A stretch of 64,000 bases of DNA from an uncultured Bacteroidota bacterium. Lineage in GTDB: Bacteria > Bacteroidota > Bacteroidia > Bacteroidales > GCA-2748055. Positions 55,514-63,429 of the stretch are shown one piece after another. The stretch spans positions 7,260-71,259 of the forward strand of contig CAKZNC010000152.1 of the NCBI GenBank assembly GCA_937129385.1. The letters are read 5' to 3'. How positions within the stretch are numbered: position 1 is the stretch's first letter; each line of letters opens with the position of its first letter. The position numbers and the translations under genes were made by a program. Below the pieces are notes generated by a model. The model was not told where the DNA came from. It made no database searches and worked only from the letters and a program-made list of their open reading frames with translations.

Positions 55514-55527
55514 TGTAAATATTTACA
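55514..55527. promoter_or_regulatory. 14-bp perfect palindrome TGTAAATATTTACA upstream of the GH2 gene (candidate operator)
   Basis: Perfect dyad 40 nt upstream of ATG 55474. It has the TGTAA-N4-TTACA architecture seen in LacI/CRP-type operators. Confidence 0.35.
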
Positions 55528-55575
55528 AACGCTCATCCCCTCTACAGGAAGAGATCTTGCCCATCAAATTTTTAT

Positions 55576-55704
55576 TCATCCCGGCAAATGGCCGCATCTC
55601 CGGTCAGGATCATGATAATTTGCAAAACTGAATGTGTGATATGATTCGAGCCAGCCATGTTCGGCATGTTCCCTGGTATCGGCTTTGTGAATAACAGCTT
55701 TCAT
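55576..55704 (-). pseudogene. Truncated 5' remnant of a pirin-family (YhhW/quercetinase-like) gene
   Basis: Hand translation gives [42 protein letters not shown]. Residues 5-33 match the conserved pirin N-terminus ([16 protein letters not shown]). The ORF stops after 42 codons, leaving only ~100 nt before the GH2 gene. Too short for the ORF track. Confidence 0.6.
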
Positions 55705-55832
55705 CGTCCCTCCTTTTTCTGCTTCTTAAAATTCTTTGAATCAGGAATACAACCGGGAATAAAAAAAAGTTGAATGGCATGTACCTGCCGACTGAAACCA
55801 GGAGGTGTCTGTTCCGGGAAACGTTCAAAGCA

Positions 55833-57044
55833 TCAGGAAACGGACGCATTTTTACCGGCAACATCCACCGGAATTTCTACCCGGAGTGTGGTGCCCTCAC
55901 CCGGTATGCCGGTAATATCCATGGTTCCTCCCATGGATAGAGTCCTTTCCCGCATACCAAGCAACCCAAATGAGTGTTTGTCATTGATCTTCTCGTCCGG
56001 TATTCCGATGCCGTTGTCCTGCACGGTAAGTTCCAGGATTGAATCGCTGCAGTGAAAGGAAACGCTCACCTCATCTGCCCTTGCATGCCTGGCAATGTTG
56101 GTTAAAGATTCCTGTACGATCCTGTACAGTGAGATCTGCTTGTCGCCGATGCACTCTCCCACCTGCTCCGGCAGATCAAGATGACATTCGATTGCGGTAC
56201 GATCCCTGAACTCGTTCACAACATTTTCAATTGCCGGGACCAATCCCAGGTTCTCCAGAATTTCCGACCTGAGCTGTGAACTGATGTCTCTTATGGATTC
56301 AAAGACCTTTTCGGTCAGCCCCAGCAAATTCTTAATCTTTCCCCTCAGGTAAATCGAGTCGGCAGGAAGCCGGTCCTTCACCAGCACCAGGTCGATCTTC
56401 AAAGCCGTGATCAGCTGGCCCAGTTCATCGTGCAGTTCCCTGGCCAGGCTCAATCGTTCCTTCTCACGGATTTGCTCCTGGTGCAGGGAAAGTTCTCGTA
56501 AATTTGCTTCCGATTCCCGGAGCATCTCCTCAATCTTCCTTCGCACCAGGTTTTCCCTTTCAAGCTCCTTGTTCAAATGAAGCAGTTTTTTTGTGCGCTC
56601 GTATACAAGCTCCTCAAGCTCCTCCTTGTGCCCGCGCAGTTTATCCTCCGATTTTTTAATCCTGAGGGCAACCTTGATCTGCGCGGCAAGTTCGGGAGGA
56701 TCAATGGGTTTTGAGAAAAAGGCATCAGCTCCGATCTCAAGTCCCCTGATCACATTTTCAGTATCTGCCTTCATCGCGGTAAGCAGGATGACAGGGATCG
56801 AAGCTGTTCGTTCATCTTCCTTAAGCAATTTACACACTTCAAAGCCATCCATTACAGGCATGATGATATCGAGCAGGATGACACTGGGTTGTTCCCTGGT
56901 TGCCAGTTCAATCCCTCTCTTTCCGGAAGCCGCTGTAAGGAGCTCGCAATCCTCCAGGTAGTCCTCTATCACTCCGTCAAGTGATTGCAGGTTGTCCGGG
57001 TTATCATCAATGGCAAGCAGCTTAATTTTCCTGGGGTTGGTCAT
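55833..57044 (-). CDS. Response-regulator receiver fused to HisKA_3-type histidine kinase
   Basis: ATG at 57044 (the track start at 57053 is GTG). REC domain (KLLAIDDNPD, LLDIIMPVMDG, LTAM), coiled coil, H-box RELHDELGQLITALK (NarX/DegS type) and HATPase (DNGIGIP, GLLGMRER). Confidence 0.88.
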   Translation of the reverse strand: MTNPRKIKLLAIDDNPDNLQSLDGVIEDYLEDCELLTAASGKRGIELATREQPSVILLDIIMPVMDGFEVCKLLKEDERTASIPVILLTAMKADTENVIRGLEIGADAFFSKPIDPPELAAQIKVALRIKKSEDKLRGHKEELEELVYERTKKLLHLNKELERENLVRRKIEEMLRESEANLRELSLHQEQIREKERLSLARELHDELGQLITALKIDLVLVKDRLPADSIYLRGKIKNLLGLTEKVFESIRDISSQLRSEILENLGLVPAIENVVNEFRDRTAIECHLDLPEQVGECIGDKQISLYRIVQESLTNIARHARADEVSVSFHCSDSILELTVQDNGIGIPDEKINDKHSFGLLGMRERTLSMGGTMDITGIPGEGTTLRVEIPVDVAGKNASVS

Positions 57045-57056
57045 AAATTCCACACT

Positions 57057-60000
57057 TTACCTGTTCAGTATCCTTTTTATCATTTTCAATACATCCTCCT
57101 GTTCCACCGGTTTGATGAGCATTCCTTCAAAACCCAGCGCTTTCATTTCTTTCTGAGAAATTCCAATCTCCCCGGCTGTCAAGCAGATGATCGGAATGTG
57201 CGCAGTCTCCCGGTTGCTTTTAAGCACCGCTGTGGCCCCTTTCCCGTCCATCCCCGGCAGGTCCATGTCCATCAGAATGAGTGACGGCTTCTTGTTGCGG
57301 ACAAGTTTGATGGCCGACCGTGCATCTTCGGCATCAAGCAACTCGTACTCCTCATCAAGCATGGCCCTCAGGGTAATCCTGTTGTCCAGGTGGTCATCCA
57401 CGATGAGTATACGCTTCCCTTTCTCCGATGGTGCGCCTGTCAGCATCTCTTGTATGATATCCAGCATCTCTTTTACATCGATGTCCCCTTTCTGGATCAA
57501 TTGGAATACATGATTGGCATCCAGCTGTTCGAGATCTTCACTGGTGAGATCCTTTGCTGTCAGGACCAGCACCGGCAAATTGGATGTTTCCCGGTCTCCC
57601 CGTATCCTGTTCAGTAATTCAAATCCGTCCATCCCGGGCATCATCAGGTCCAGGATAATCCCGTCCGGTGTAAACGTTTTCAAGCTTTCAATCGCCTGTT
57701 CACCATTCTCTGCAACAACGACCTCCAGTTGCTCCTGTTCAAGTACCGCCCGGAGCTGGATCACCGCCTCCCTGTTGTCTTCCACCAGCAGGATCTGCTT
57801 GCCGGCAATGGAAGCACGCTCCGCAGAATTGACTGACGGATAGGCAATGTTCGCCTCTCCCTCATCCCAACTTGCCGAAACAGGTATCTTCAGCGTAAAT
57901 ACACTTCCTGTCTGCGCTTCGCTCTCAAAATCAACCTCGATTTCAAGCAGGTCAGCAAGTTTTTTTACAATCGACAGACCCAGGCCGGTGCCCTCAAATT
58001 TCCTGGTGGTAGATGCATCGGCCTGCATGAACTGTTCGAAGATGTAGGGCTTGAATTCTTCACTGATTCCGATTCCCGTATCCTCAATCCTGACAAGGAT
58101 AGCATCACCCAATGCTTCGGTGGTGATCTTTACATGCCCTTTCTCTGTGAATTTGATGGCATTCTGAACCAGGTTATAAATGATCTGCCGAAGCCTGAAC
58201 CTGTCGGTGATAACTGTAGGCAGGTCATTGCCAGGTTCGCTGATCAACCTGATCTTCTTCCCTTCTGCCAGCGGGATCACGCTGTCATATACATACTCCA
58301 ATACCTGGTTAACATGGACCTCTTCCTTGCTAAGAACGATTTTTCCGGCCTCTATTTTTGACAGGTCAAGGATGTCATTGATCAGGTGCAACAATCCCTT
58401 GCCGTTTCGTTCGATGGTCTGGAGATAACTTCGCTGTTTCTCGGTAAGGGATTTGATCTTTTTTGCTGTCAGCAATTTCGAAAGTGCCAGGATGGAGTTA
58501 AGGGGGGTCCTGAGTTCATGGCTTACGTTGGACAGAAATTCCGACTTCAGCCTGTTCGACTCCTCAGCTTCCCTGGTTTTTATCTCCAATTCCTGGTTCT
58601 GCTTTTTCAATTCACCGGTCATCTCTTCAAGCTCTTCCGTCTGTTCTTCAAGCTCTTCCGTCTGCTCCCGAAGCTCCTCCGACTGCACCTCCAGTTTTTC
58701 ATTGGCCTGCTGCAGATCCCTGGATGTTTTTTTGAGGTGGTCGCTGACGAGCTGACGGGAAAATGATGCATTGAGAACCGGCCAGAACTCATTGATGATT
58801 TCCTGTGTCTCTGACGGGAACCTTCCCAGGTGCGCCAGGCAGATCACCCCGCGAACCTTCTCTTCGTCCATGACCGGGATCGTGAAGAGCTCCCTGGGAA
58901 CAATCTCTCCGACAAGGGTTCCAAACCGTAAGTTTTCTTTTTCACCCATTTCCCTGTTATACTGCACTTTTCCCTCGGTGATGGCTGCCTGGAAATCTCC
59001 CGGGATCCGTTCTATGGCCTGCGACCTGCGCAACTCTTTTTCTGCACCCACAGAGGCCAGGTGCAGTAGTTTCCCCTTCTCAGCATCAATTCTGAAAAAC
59101 ACAAGAATCTGACACTTAAAAATCGATTTCATCTCCTTCAGAAGGTCTTCTGCCAGGGTATGCAATGCTTTTTCACCGACCACCTGCTGCGAAAGACGGT
59201 AAACACTCTTCTTAACATCGACCATCTTATTCAGATCGCTGGTAGTGTGCTCCAGCATATCTGCCAGGACCAGGATCTCTTGCGGACCCTCGGTCAGACC
59301 AAAATCAGGCCGGCTGCCCGTTTTTAACAACCCGGCATTTTTAGTAAGCTGTAATACCGGGCGGGAAATGAAACGTGAAACAAAGAGGGCCGCAATCAAC
59401 ACCATGATGATGGATCCCAATAGTATGAACATAAAAACCCCGATGGTACGGTAAAGCGGACTGTACAATTCAGAAATGTCCTGCTTTGAAACAAATCCCC
59501 AGTTCATTTCAGGAATAAAAGTATATGCAGCCATTACCTTCTCGCCCCTGTAATCCCTGGATACGAATACACCGGACTCCCCGGCAGCAGCCCTTGTAGC
59601 CGGTTCAGCAGTGATCTTCAGGTTCAGTGGTGCATTTTTATGCCACCGGAGCTCATTCACTGCATACATTTCTGAGTTGACAATCAGGGTCTCGCCCGTT
59701 CTGCCCAATCCTTCCCGGTTCAATAATAATGGATTAAAGGAATAGTGCATGTTGATGCTGGCCACCAGGATCCCAACAATATGTTCATTGTGTGAAAGAC
59801 ACCAAACCGGAATAGCCATGGTGAGTATCGGGATGTCAGAATACTCAGAATGATGAATGTCCTGGATGTAGAGATCACGGTTTTCAAGCACTCCCCTGTA
59901 ATAATCACGATTAGATAAATTCAACCCGATAAGCTCTTCATCCGTCGATAATTTGACGATACCTGTTTCAGGATCAAGGATGGAAAGAATCTCGTAATCC

Positions 60001-60332
60001 GGATAATTCCGCTTGTTCCTCTTTAGCAACTCCTCGGCAACCTGTAGCTTCCTGACTGCCACACTACCAGGATCCTCCTGCGAGAAAATGTTTTCCAGGC
60101 CCCTGATCTCATAGTCGCCAGACATTACATGCATATCGCCATTGCGCTCCATCAACCAGTTGTTGAGCTGACTGACTTTCAATTGTCGTATGGAAAGAAG
60201 ATGATCGCTTTTTTCATTCTTAATGGTATTCACCTGGTTGCCGAAAAACAGGAGCATTCCCGTCACGAGGGGAGCCAGTCCTATTACCAGGAGCCAGAAG
60301 ATCATTACAGTTTTAATTTTCCTTTGTCTCAT
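57057..60332 (-). CDS. Hybrid sensor histidine kinase: TM-Cache-TM-HAMP-GAF-coiled coil-HisKA-HATPase-REC-REC
   Basis: 1091 aa with two TM segments flanking a Cache-like periplasmic domain. H-box SHELRTPLNSI and HATPase (DTGIGI, GTGLGLSIVKK). Two receiver domains (ILDLMMPGMDG and LMDMDLPGMDG). Confidence 0.92.
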   Translation of the reverse strand: MRQRKIKTVMIFWLLVIGLAPLVTGMLLFFGNQVNTIKNEKSDHLLSIRQLKVSQLNNWLMERNGDMHVMSGDYEIRGLENIFSQEDPGSVAVRKLQVAEELLKRNKRNYPDYEILSILDPETGIVKLSTDEELIGLNLSNRDYYRGVLENRDLYIQDIHHSEYSDIPILTMAIPVWCLSHNEHIVGILVASINMHYSFNPLLLNREGLGRTGETLIVNSEMYAVNELRWHKNAPLNLKITAEPATRAAAGESGVFVSRDYRGEKVMAAYTFIPEMNWGFVSKQDISELYSPLYRTIGVFMFILLGSIIMVLIAALFVSRFISRPVLQLTKNAGLLKTGSRPDFGLTEGPQEILVLADMLEHTTSDLNKMVDVKKSVYRLSQQVVGEKALHTLAEDLLKEMKSIFKCQILVFFRIDAEKGKLLHLASVGAEKELRRSQAIERIPGDFQAAITEGKVQYNREMGEKENLRFGTLVGEIVPRELFTIPVMDEEKVRGVICLAHLGRFPSETQEIINEFWPVLNASFSRQLVSDHLKKTSRDLQQANEKLEVQSEELREQTEELEEQTEELEEMTGELKKQNQELEIKTREAEESNRLKSEFLSNVSHELRTPLNSILALSKLLTAKKIKSLTEKQRSYLQTIERNGKGLLHLINDILDLSKIEAGKIVLSKEEVHVNQVLEYVYDSVIPLAEGKKIRLISEPGNDLPTVITDRFRLRQIIYNLVQNAIKFTEKGHVKITTEALGDAILVRIEDTGIGISEEFKPYIFEQFMQADASTTRKFEGTGLGLSIVKKLADLLEIEVDFESEAQTGSVFTLKIPVSASWDEGEANIAYPSVNSAERASIAGKQILLVEDNREAVIQLRAVLEQEQLEVVVAENGEQAIESLKTFTPDGIILDLMMPGMDGFELLNRIRGDRETSNLPVLVLTAKDLTSEDLEQLDANHVFQLIQKGDIDVKEMLDIIQEMLTGAPSEKGKRILIVDDHLDNRITLRAMLDEEYELLDAEDARSAIKLVRNKKPSLILMDMDLPGMDGKGATAVLKSNRETAHIPIICLTAGEIGISQKEMKALGFEGMLIKPVEQEDVLKMIKRILNR
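58626..58667 (-). repeat. 21-bp x2 in-frame tandem duplication in the kinase coiled coil
   Basis: TTCAAGCTCTTCCGTCTGTTC followed by TTCAAGCTCTTCCGTCTGCTC (20/21 identical). Encodes EQTEELE EQTEELE, exactly one heptad per unit. Confidence 0.9.
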
Positions 60333-60345
60333 AGAAGGTCAGAAT

Positions 60346-61209
60346 TCAATTAATTATTTCTTTCCTGTAGATCTTACCCAGGGCAGTCTCCCTGTCAAGA
60401 TTCCCTTCGAATGAATGCATGATCGATTCAGCATCACCAAGAACAAGCAATCCGCCTGGTTTTAGAGACCTGTACAATCGCTCTATAATTTTTTTCTGAT
60501 ATTCAAAAGTAAAATAGATCAATACATTCCTGCATAACACCATATCGAAATTCCCGTAGATACTCTCCCTCGGAACATAGCTCTTGCTGTCAAGCAGATC
60601 ATGATAATGAAACCTTACCATCCCCTTCACCTCCGGGGTGATGGAATAGGAAGTATCCAGCCGATTAAAATAGGTCTGAACATACTCCATCTTCGTCTCA
60701 ACCAGGGCTTCTTCAGGATAGATTCCGCTTTTTGCATATTCCAGGATCCGACGATTGAGATCGGTGGCATAGATGGAAATCCCCAGCTCCTGATTCATCC
60801 TTTTTAATTGCTGGTCAATCAACATCGCCACCGAATAGGGCTCCTCCCCGCCAGCACAGCCGGCCGACCAGATCCTCAGCTCTTTACTTGTTTCGCTGAA
60901 CTTTTCACGGATCATCCCGGGGAGAAGCTGGTGATCAAGGTACTCAAAGGTGAAAGAATCCCTGAAAAACCGGCTGACGTTGATGGTCAGACCATCTATC
61001 AAAAGGTCTGTTTCTTCCTTGCTCTCTTCCAGAAATTTCGCATAGGTGGTAAGATCAGGCTGTCCGGATTTAATTCTTCTCCTTTCAATCCTTCTCTCGA
61101 TCATTGCAGGAACCCCTCCCCTGAAATCATATCCTCTCGTATTATACAGGTAGGTAAGAATTCTTTCAATGATGCCGGCTTTATCCTGCATGGCATCGGC
61201 ATTCTGCAT
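60346..61209 (-). CDS. cheR: CheR-type protein-glutamate O-methyltransferase
   Basis: 287 aa with an N-terminal helical CheR_N region, SAM-binding LRIWSAGCAGGEEPYSVAML and CRNVLIYF. Lies 13 nt upstream of the hybrid kinase gene. Confidence 0.88.
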   Translation of the reverse strand: MQNADAMQDKAGIIERILTYLYNTRGYDFRGGVPAMIERRIERRRIKSGQPDLTTYAKFLEESKEETDLLIDGLTINVSRFFRDSFTFEYLDHQLLPGMIREKFSETSKELRIWSAGCAGGEEPYSVAMLIDQQLKRMNQELGISIYATDLNRRILEYAKSGIYPEEALVETKMEYVQTYFNRLDTSYSITPEVKGMVRFHYHDLLDSKSYVPRESIYGNFDMVLCRNVLIYFTFEYQKKIIERLYRSLKPGGLLVLGDAESIMHSFEGNLDRETALGKIYRKEIIN

Positions 61210-61413
61210 GGCTACTCGTCAGAATTGTGAATTCCCAATTTAGACATTCCTGTCCACATTAAAAACTTTAATCACAAATGAATAGGAAAAGTCTGCTACC
61301 TAATGGACATGGAATTCCTTGACCCGCCCGCTCAAAGGCCCCCATACCATTCGATCGCAGGAGGTGTGATATGAATCTGTGAAAGAGAGGTCCGCAGAAA
61401 TTGTTAGGACAGC

Positions 61414-61800
61414 CTATAATGCATCGACAACCTCTTCCATCAACTGTCTCACCTCTTTTGCAACTTTCGTCAGCCCCTTGTTATTGATGGAAATCATCGA
61501 GGCGACCGGGTCAACTGCCGCAATCTCCACCAGGTTATCTCCGGCTTCCTGAAGGATCACATTACACGGCAACATCGTACCAATCTTGTCCTCAAATCCC
61601 AATGCCTTGAAGGCGTAAGGAGGATGACAGGCACCGAGAATCAGGTATTTTCTGAATTCCTCTCCAAGTTTCTCCTTCATTTTCTCCTGGATGTCAATTT
61701 CCGATAGTACCCCAAAGCCTTTAGTAGCCAATGCCTCCTTTACCATCGTAACCGCCTCGTCAAAATCGGCACGAATGGTTTTGTTGATGTAATAGTTCAT
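61414..61800 (-). CDS. DUF302 domain-containing protein
   Basis: 128 aa. The segments DFDEAVTMVKEALATKGFGVLSEIDIQEKMKEKLG and ILGACHP are typical of DUF302. Confidence 0.8.
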   Translation of the reverse strand: MNYYINKTIRADFDEAVTMVKEALATKGFGVLSEIDIQEKMKEKLGEEFRKYLILGACHPPYAFKALGFEDKIGTMLPCNVILQEAGDNLVEIAAVDPVASMISINNKGLTKVAKEVRQLMEEVVDAL

Positions 61801-61829
61801 TGTTGGTAAGTTATTTAACAGTGAATTTC

Positions 61830-62639
61830 CTAAAACATGTATTTTAAACCTGCAATGAGACGATATCGCTGCTTCACAACAGGATCAGATCCCTGGTACA
61901 GGGGCAACTGAAAAAGCATCTCGAATGCTATATCTGAAAAAATAAATGTACCTCCCGGGGAGACCATCAGCAGCTGGTCAGGTGCCGCCTGGCCGTCGCC
62001 TGTAAAAACTTCCCTGAAGTAATTGAATTCCACCACCGGTGCAAGTGCCGATTCCCCGGATGCATTCAACGCAATGATATGTGATGCCGCCAGGTCCGCA
62101 GCGAAATTGTCCGGCGGATCCACGGCTGAAGCTGCCGTAATGTCCTGGATTCGGTACCTTGCAGAAAAATCGACCGAGAAGAACCGCGGACGGAAGGAGA
62201 CATTCACCCCCAAATCAGGATTCCAGGTACTGCTTCCAACACCGGTGGCACCAATCGGCACATTCACTGCCACATGCGGTGCCACACCAACCACCCAGTT
62301 CCGGGTGTTTTTCCTGTACAACCTGAATTTGGCCAGGAGGTAGGGATCATTGATCCCCTTCACCGTGACATCACTTGCACTGAAGTGCCTGTGGAAATAC
62401 ATGTTCCTGGCCATCAGGGTCACCCCGGGTTTTAATCCGTATGCCACCACAATCGGGACCATGCGTGTCGTGATTGAACCACTGGTCGCAGACGCTGAAA
62501 TGTGCCTGTATTGTGAACGCAACATGATACGCCCCTCTGCAGGGGTAATCCCGGCATCAAAACTGATGCCCTGACCGGCAATTTCAACCGCCGGCAGGAT
62601 GAATAGACAAATCAGTGCAAAAACCTTAAATCTGCTCAT
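61830..62639 (-). CDS. Outer-membrane beta-barrel transporter-like protein (MetA/phenol-degradation-pathway-like)
   Basis: 269 aa with a signal peptide, alternating beta-strand pattern and C-terminal aromatic residue (LKYMF). The start overlaps the upstream stop (ATGA). The family call is tentative. Confidence 0.6.
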   Translation of the reverse strand: MSRFKVFALICLFILPAVEIAGQGISFDAGITPAEGRIMLRSQYRHISASATSGSITTRMVPIVVAYGLKPGVTLMARNMYFHRHFSASDVTVKGINDPYLLAKFRLYRKNTRNWVVGVAPHVAVNVPIGATGVGSSTWNPDLGVNVSFRPRFFSVDFSARYRIQDITAASAVDPPDNFAADLAASHIIALNASGESALAPVVEFNYFREVFTGDGQAAPDQLLMVSPGGTFIFSDIAFEMLFQLPLYQGSDPVVKQRYRLIAGLKYMF

Positions 62640-62965
62640 TCTTTCTTTTCATCCGGCGTTTCAGCCAGTGTGAAATTTGCCTTTTTTATCCTGAATGCCA
62701 CGTCCTCCCGTTTCAACACCGAATCGGGTTTCACTACCACCCACAGACGCTGATCCACCCAACTCGCCTCTGAACTGAGAACCGCCGGAATCTTGTTGAT
62801 CTGCTTCTCCAGTCCGCCCTCGCATCCCGGGCAATCCATTCCATATACCGTGTAGGTTAGCGTATCCCGTTCGGCTGCCTGCTTAACGTCCTGCTTCTGC
62901 GCCCATAAAGCCAGCGGTGTCATAAGCACTGCAGCCAATAAAATATTTCTCCAACTTCTCTTCAT
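62636..62965 (-). CDS. Heavy-metal-associated (HMA) domain protein, secreted
   Basis: 109 aa with a signal peptide and a CxxC metal-binding motif in YGMDCPGCEGGLEKQINKI. Confidence 0.8.
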   Translation of the reverse strand: MKRSWRNILLAAVLMTPLALWAQKQDVKQAAERDTLTYTVYGMDCPGCEGGLEKQINKIPAVLSSEASWVDQRLWVVVKPDSVLKREDVAFRIKKANFTLAETPDEKKE

Positions 62966-63048
62966 AATTCTCCTTTATCTATTGTTATCGTTTCCACCAC
63001 TATGGGCGAGGATGCATGTATGTAAACAAACCAATACCCCTTCCTGTT

Positions 63049-63073
63049 CAGCCGTCAGCCCTCAGCCGTCAGC
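63049..63073. repeat. Direct repeat CAGCCGTCAGC x2 (third copy at 63235-63246)
   Basis: CAGCCGTCAGCC at 63049-63060, CAGCCGTCAGC at 63063-63073 and CAGCCGTCAGCC at 63235-63246, all in one 464-bp intergenic region. Confidence 0.8.
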
Positions 63074-63139
63074 AAGGTAAGCCGCCAACGACCTAAGGAG
63101 CTGGTCCTCGATAGTCGACAATAGGAGACCTATCAGGAC

Positions 63140-63247
63140 CAGTCGCCAGGCTGTCTCCAATTACCAATCATTTCCTATCAAAGCAAAGGCGTCCTGAGCG
63201 TTGCAGTGAGCTTGTCGAACTGCTTGCCGAAGGGCAGCCGTCAGCCT
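63140..63247. repeat. Composite GC-rich intergenic repeat, copy B (expanded)
   Basis: CAGTCGCCAG (63140-63149), then a spacer containing CATTTCC, then TCCTGAGCG..GAGCTTGTCGAA..CCGAAGGGCAGCCGTCAGCC. Same module order as 3118-3184. Preceded by the hairpin CTGGTCCT/AGGACCAG (63101-63142). Confidence 0.6.
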
Positions 63248-63280
63248 TCAGTCTTCAATGAGCTTTCAATAATTATTTAT

Positions 63281-63298
63281 CTGCGGAATATTCCGCAG
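63281..63298. promoter_or_regulatory. 18-bp perfect palindrome CTGCGGAATATTCCGCAG (candidate operator or hairpin)
   Basis: Perfect dyad 108 nt upstream of the -7 box of the HYC_CC_PP/czcA operon. The half-site CTGCGGAA recurs at 63432-63439, overlapping the start codon. Confidence 0.4.
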
Positions 63299-63405
63299 CC
63301 AGAAGAGCGTACTACGCATTACGCACTACGATCTTTCAGTATTTCCCTACAAGATCCTGTAAATATTTCACGTTATTGTATCAAACTATTTCCCTTTCAA
63401 TCTGT

Positions 63406-63413
63406 TATATTTG
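63406..63413 (+). promoter_or_regulatory. Candidate -7 box for the HYC_CC_PP / efflux operon
   Basis: TATATTTG is a perfect TAnnTTTG match, 17 nt upstream of ATG 63430. Confidence 0.55.
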
Positions 63414-63429
63414 TGAAGTTTATCCCGAC

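Noticed and set aside
55610-55864. 84-aa minus-strand ORF, with the 84-aa plus-strand ORF at 55377-55631, in the GH2 upstream gap
   Set aside because: Neither has motifs or a plausible start context. The region is better explained by the pirin gene remnant plus terminator and promoter DNA.
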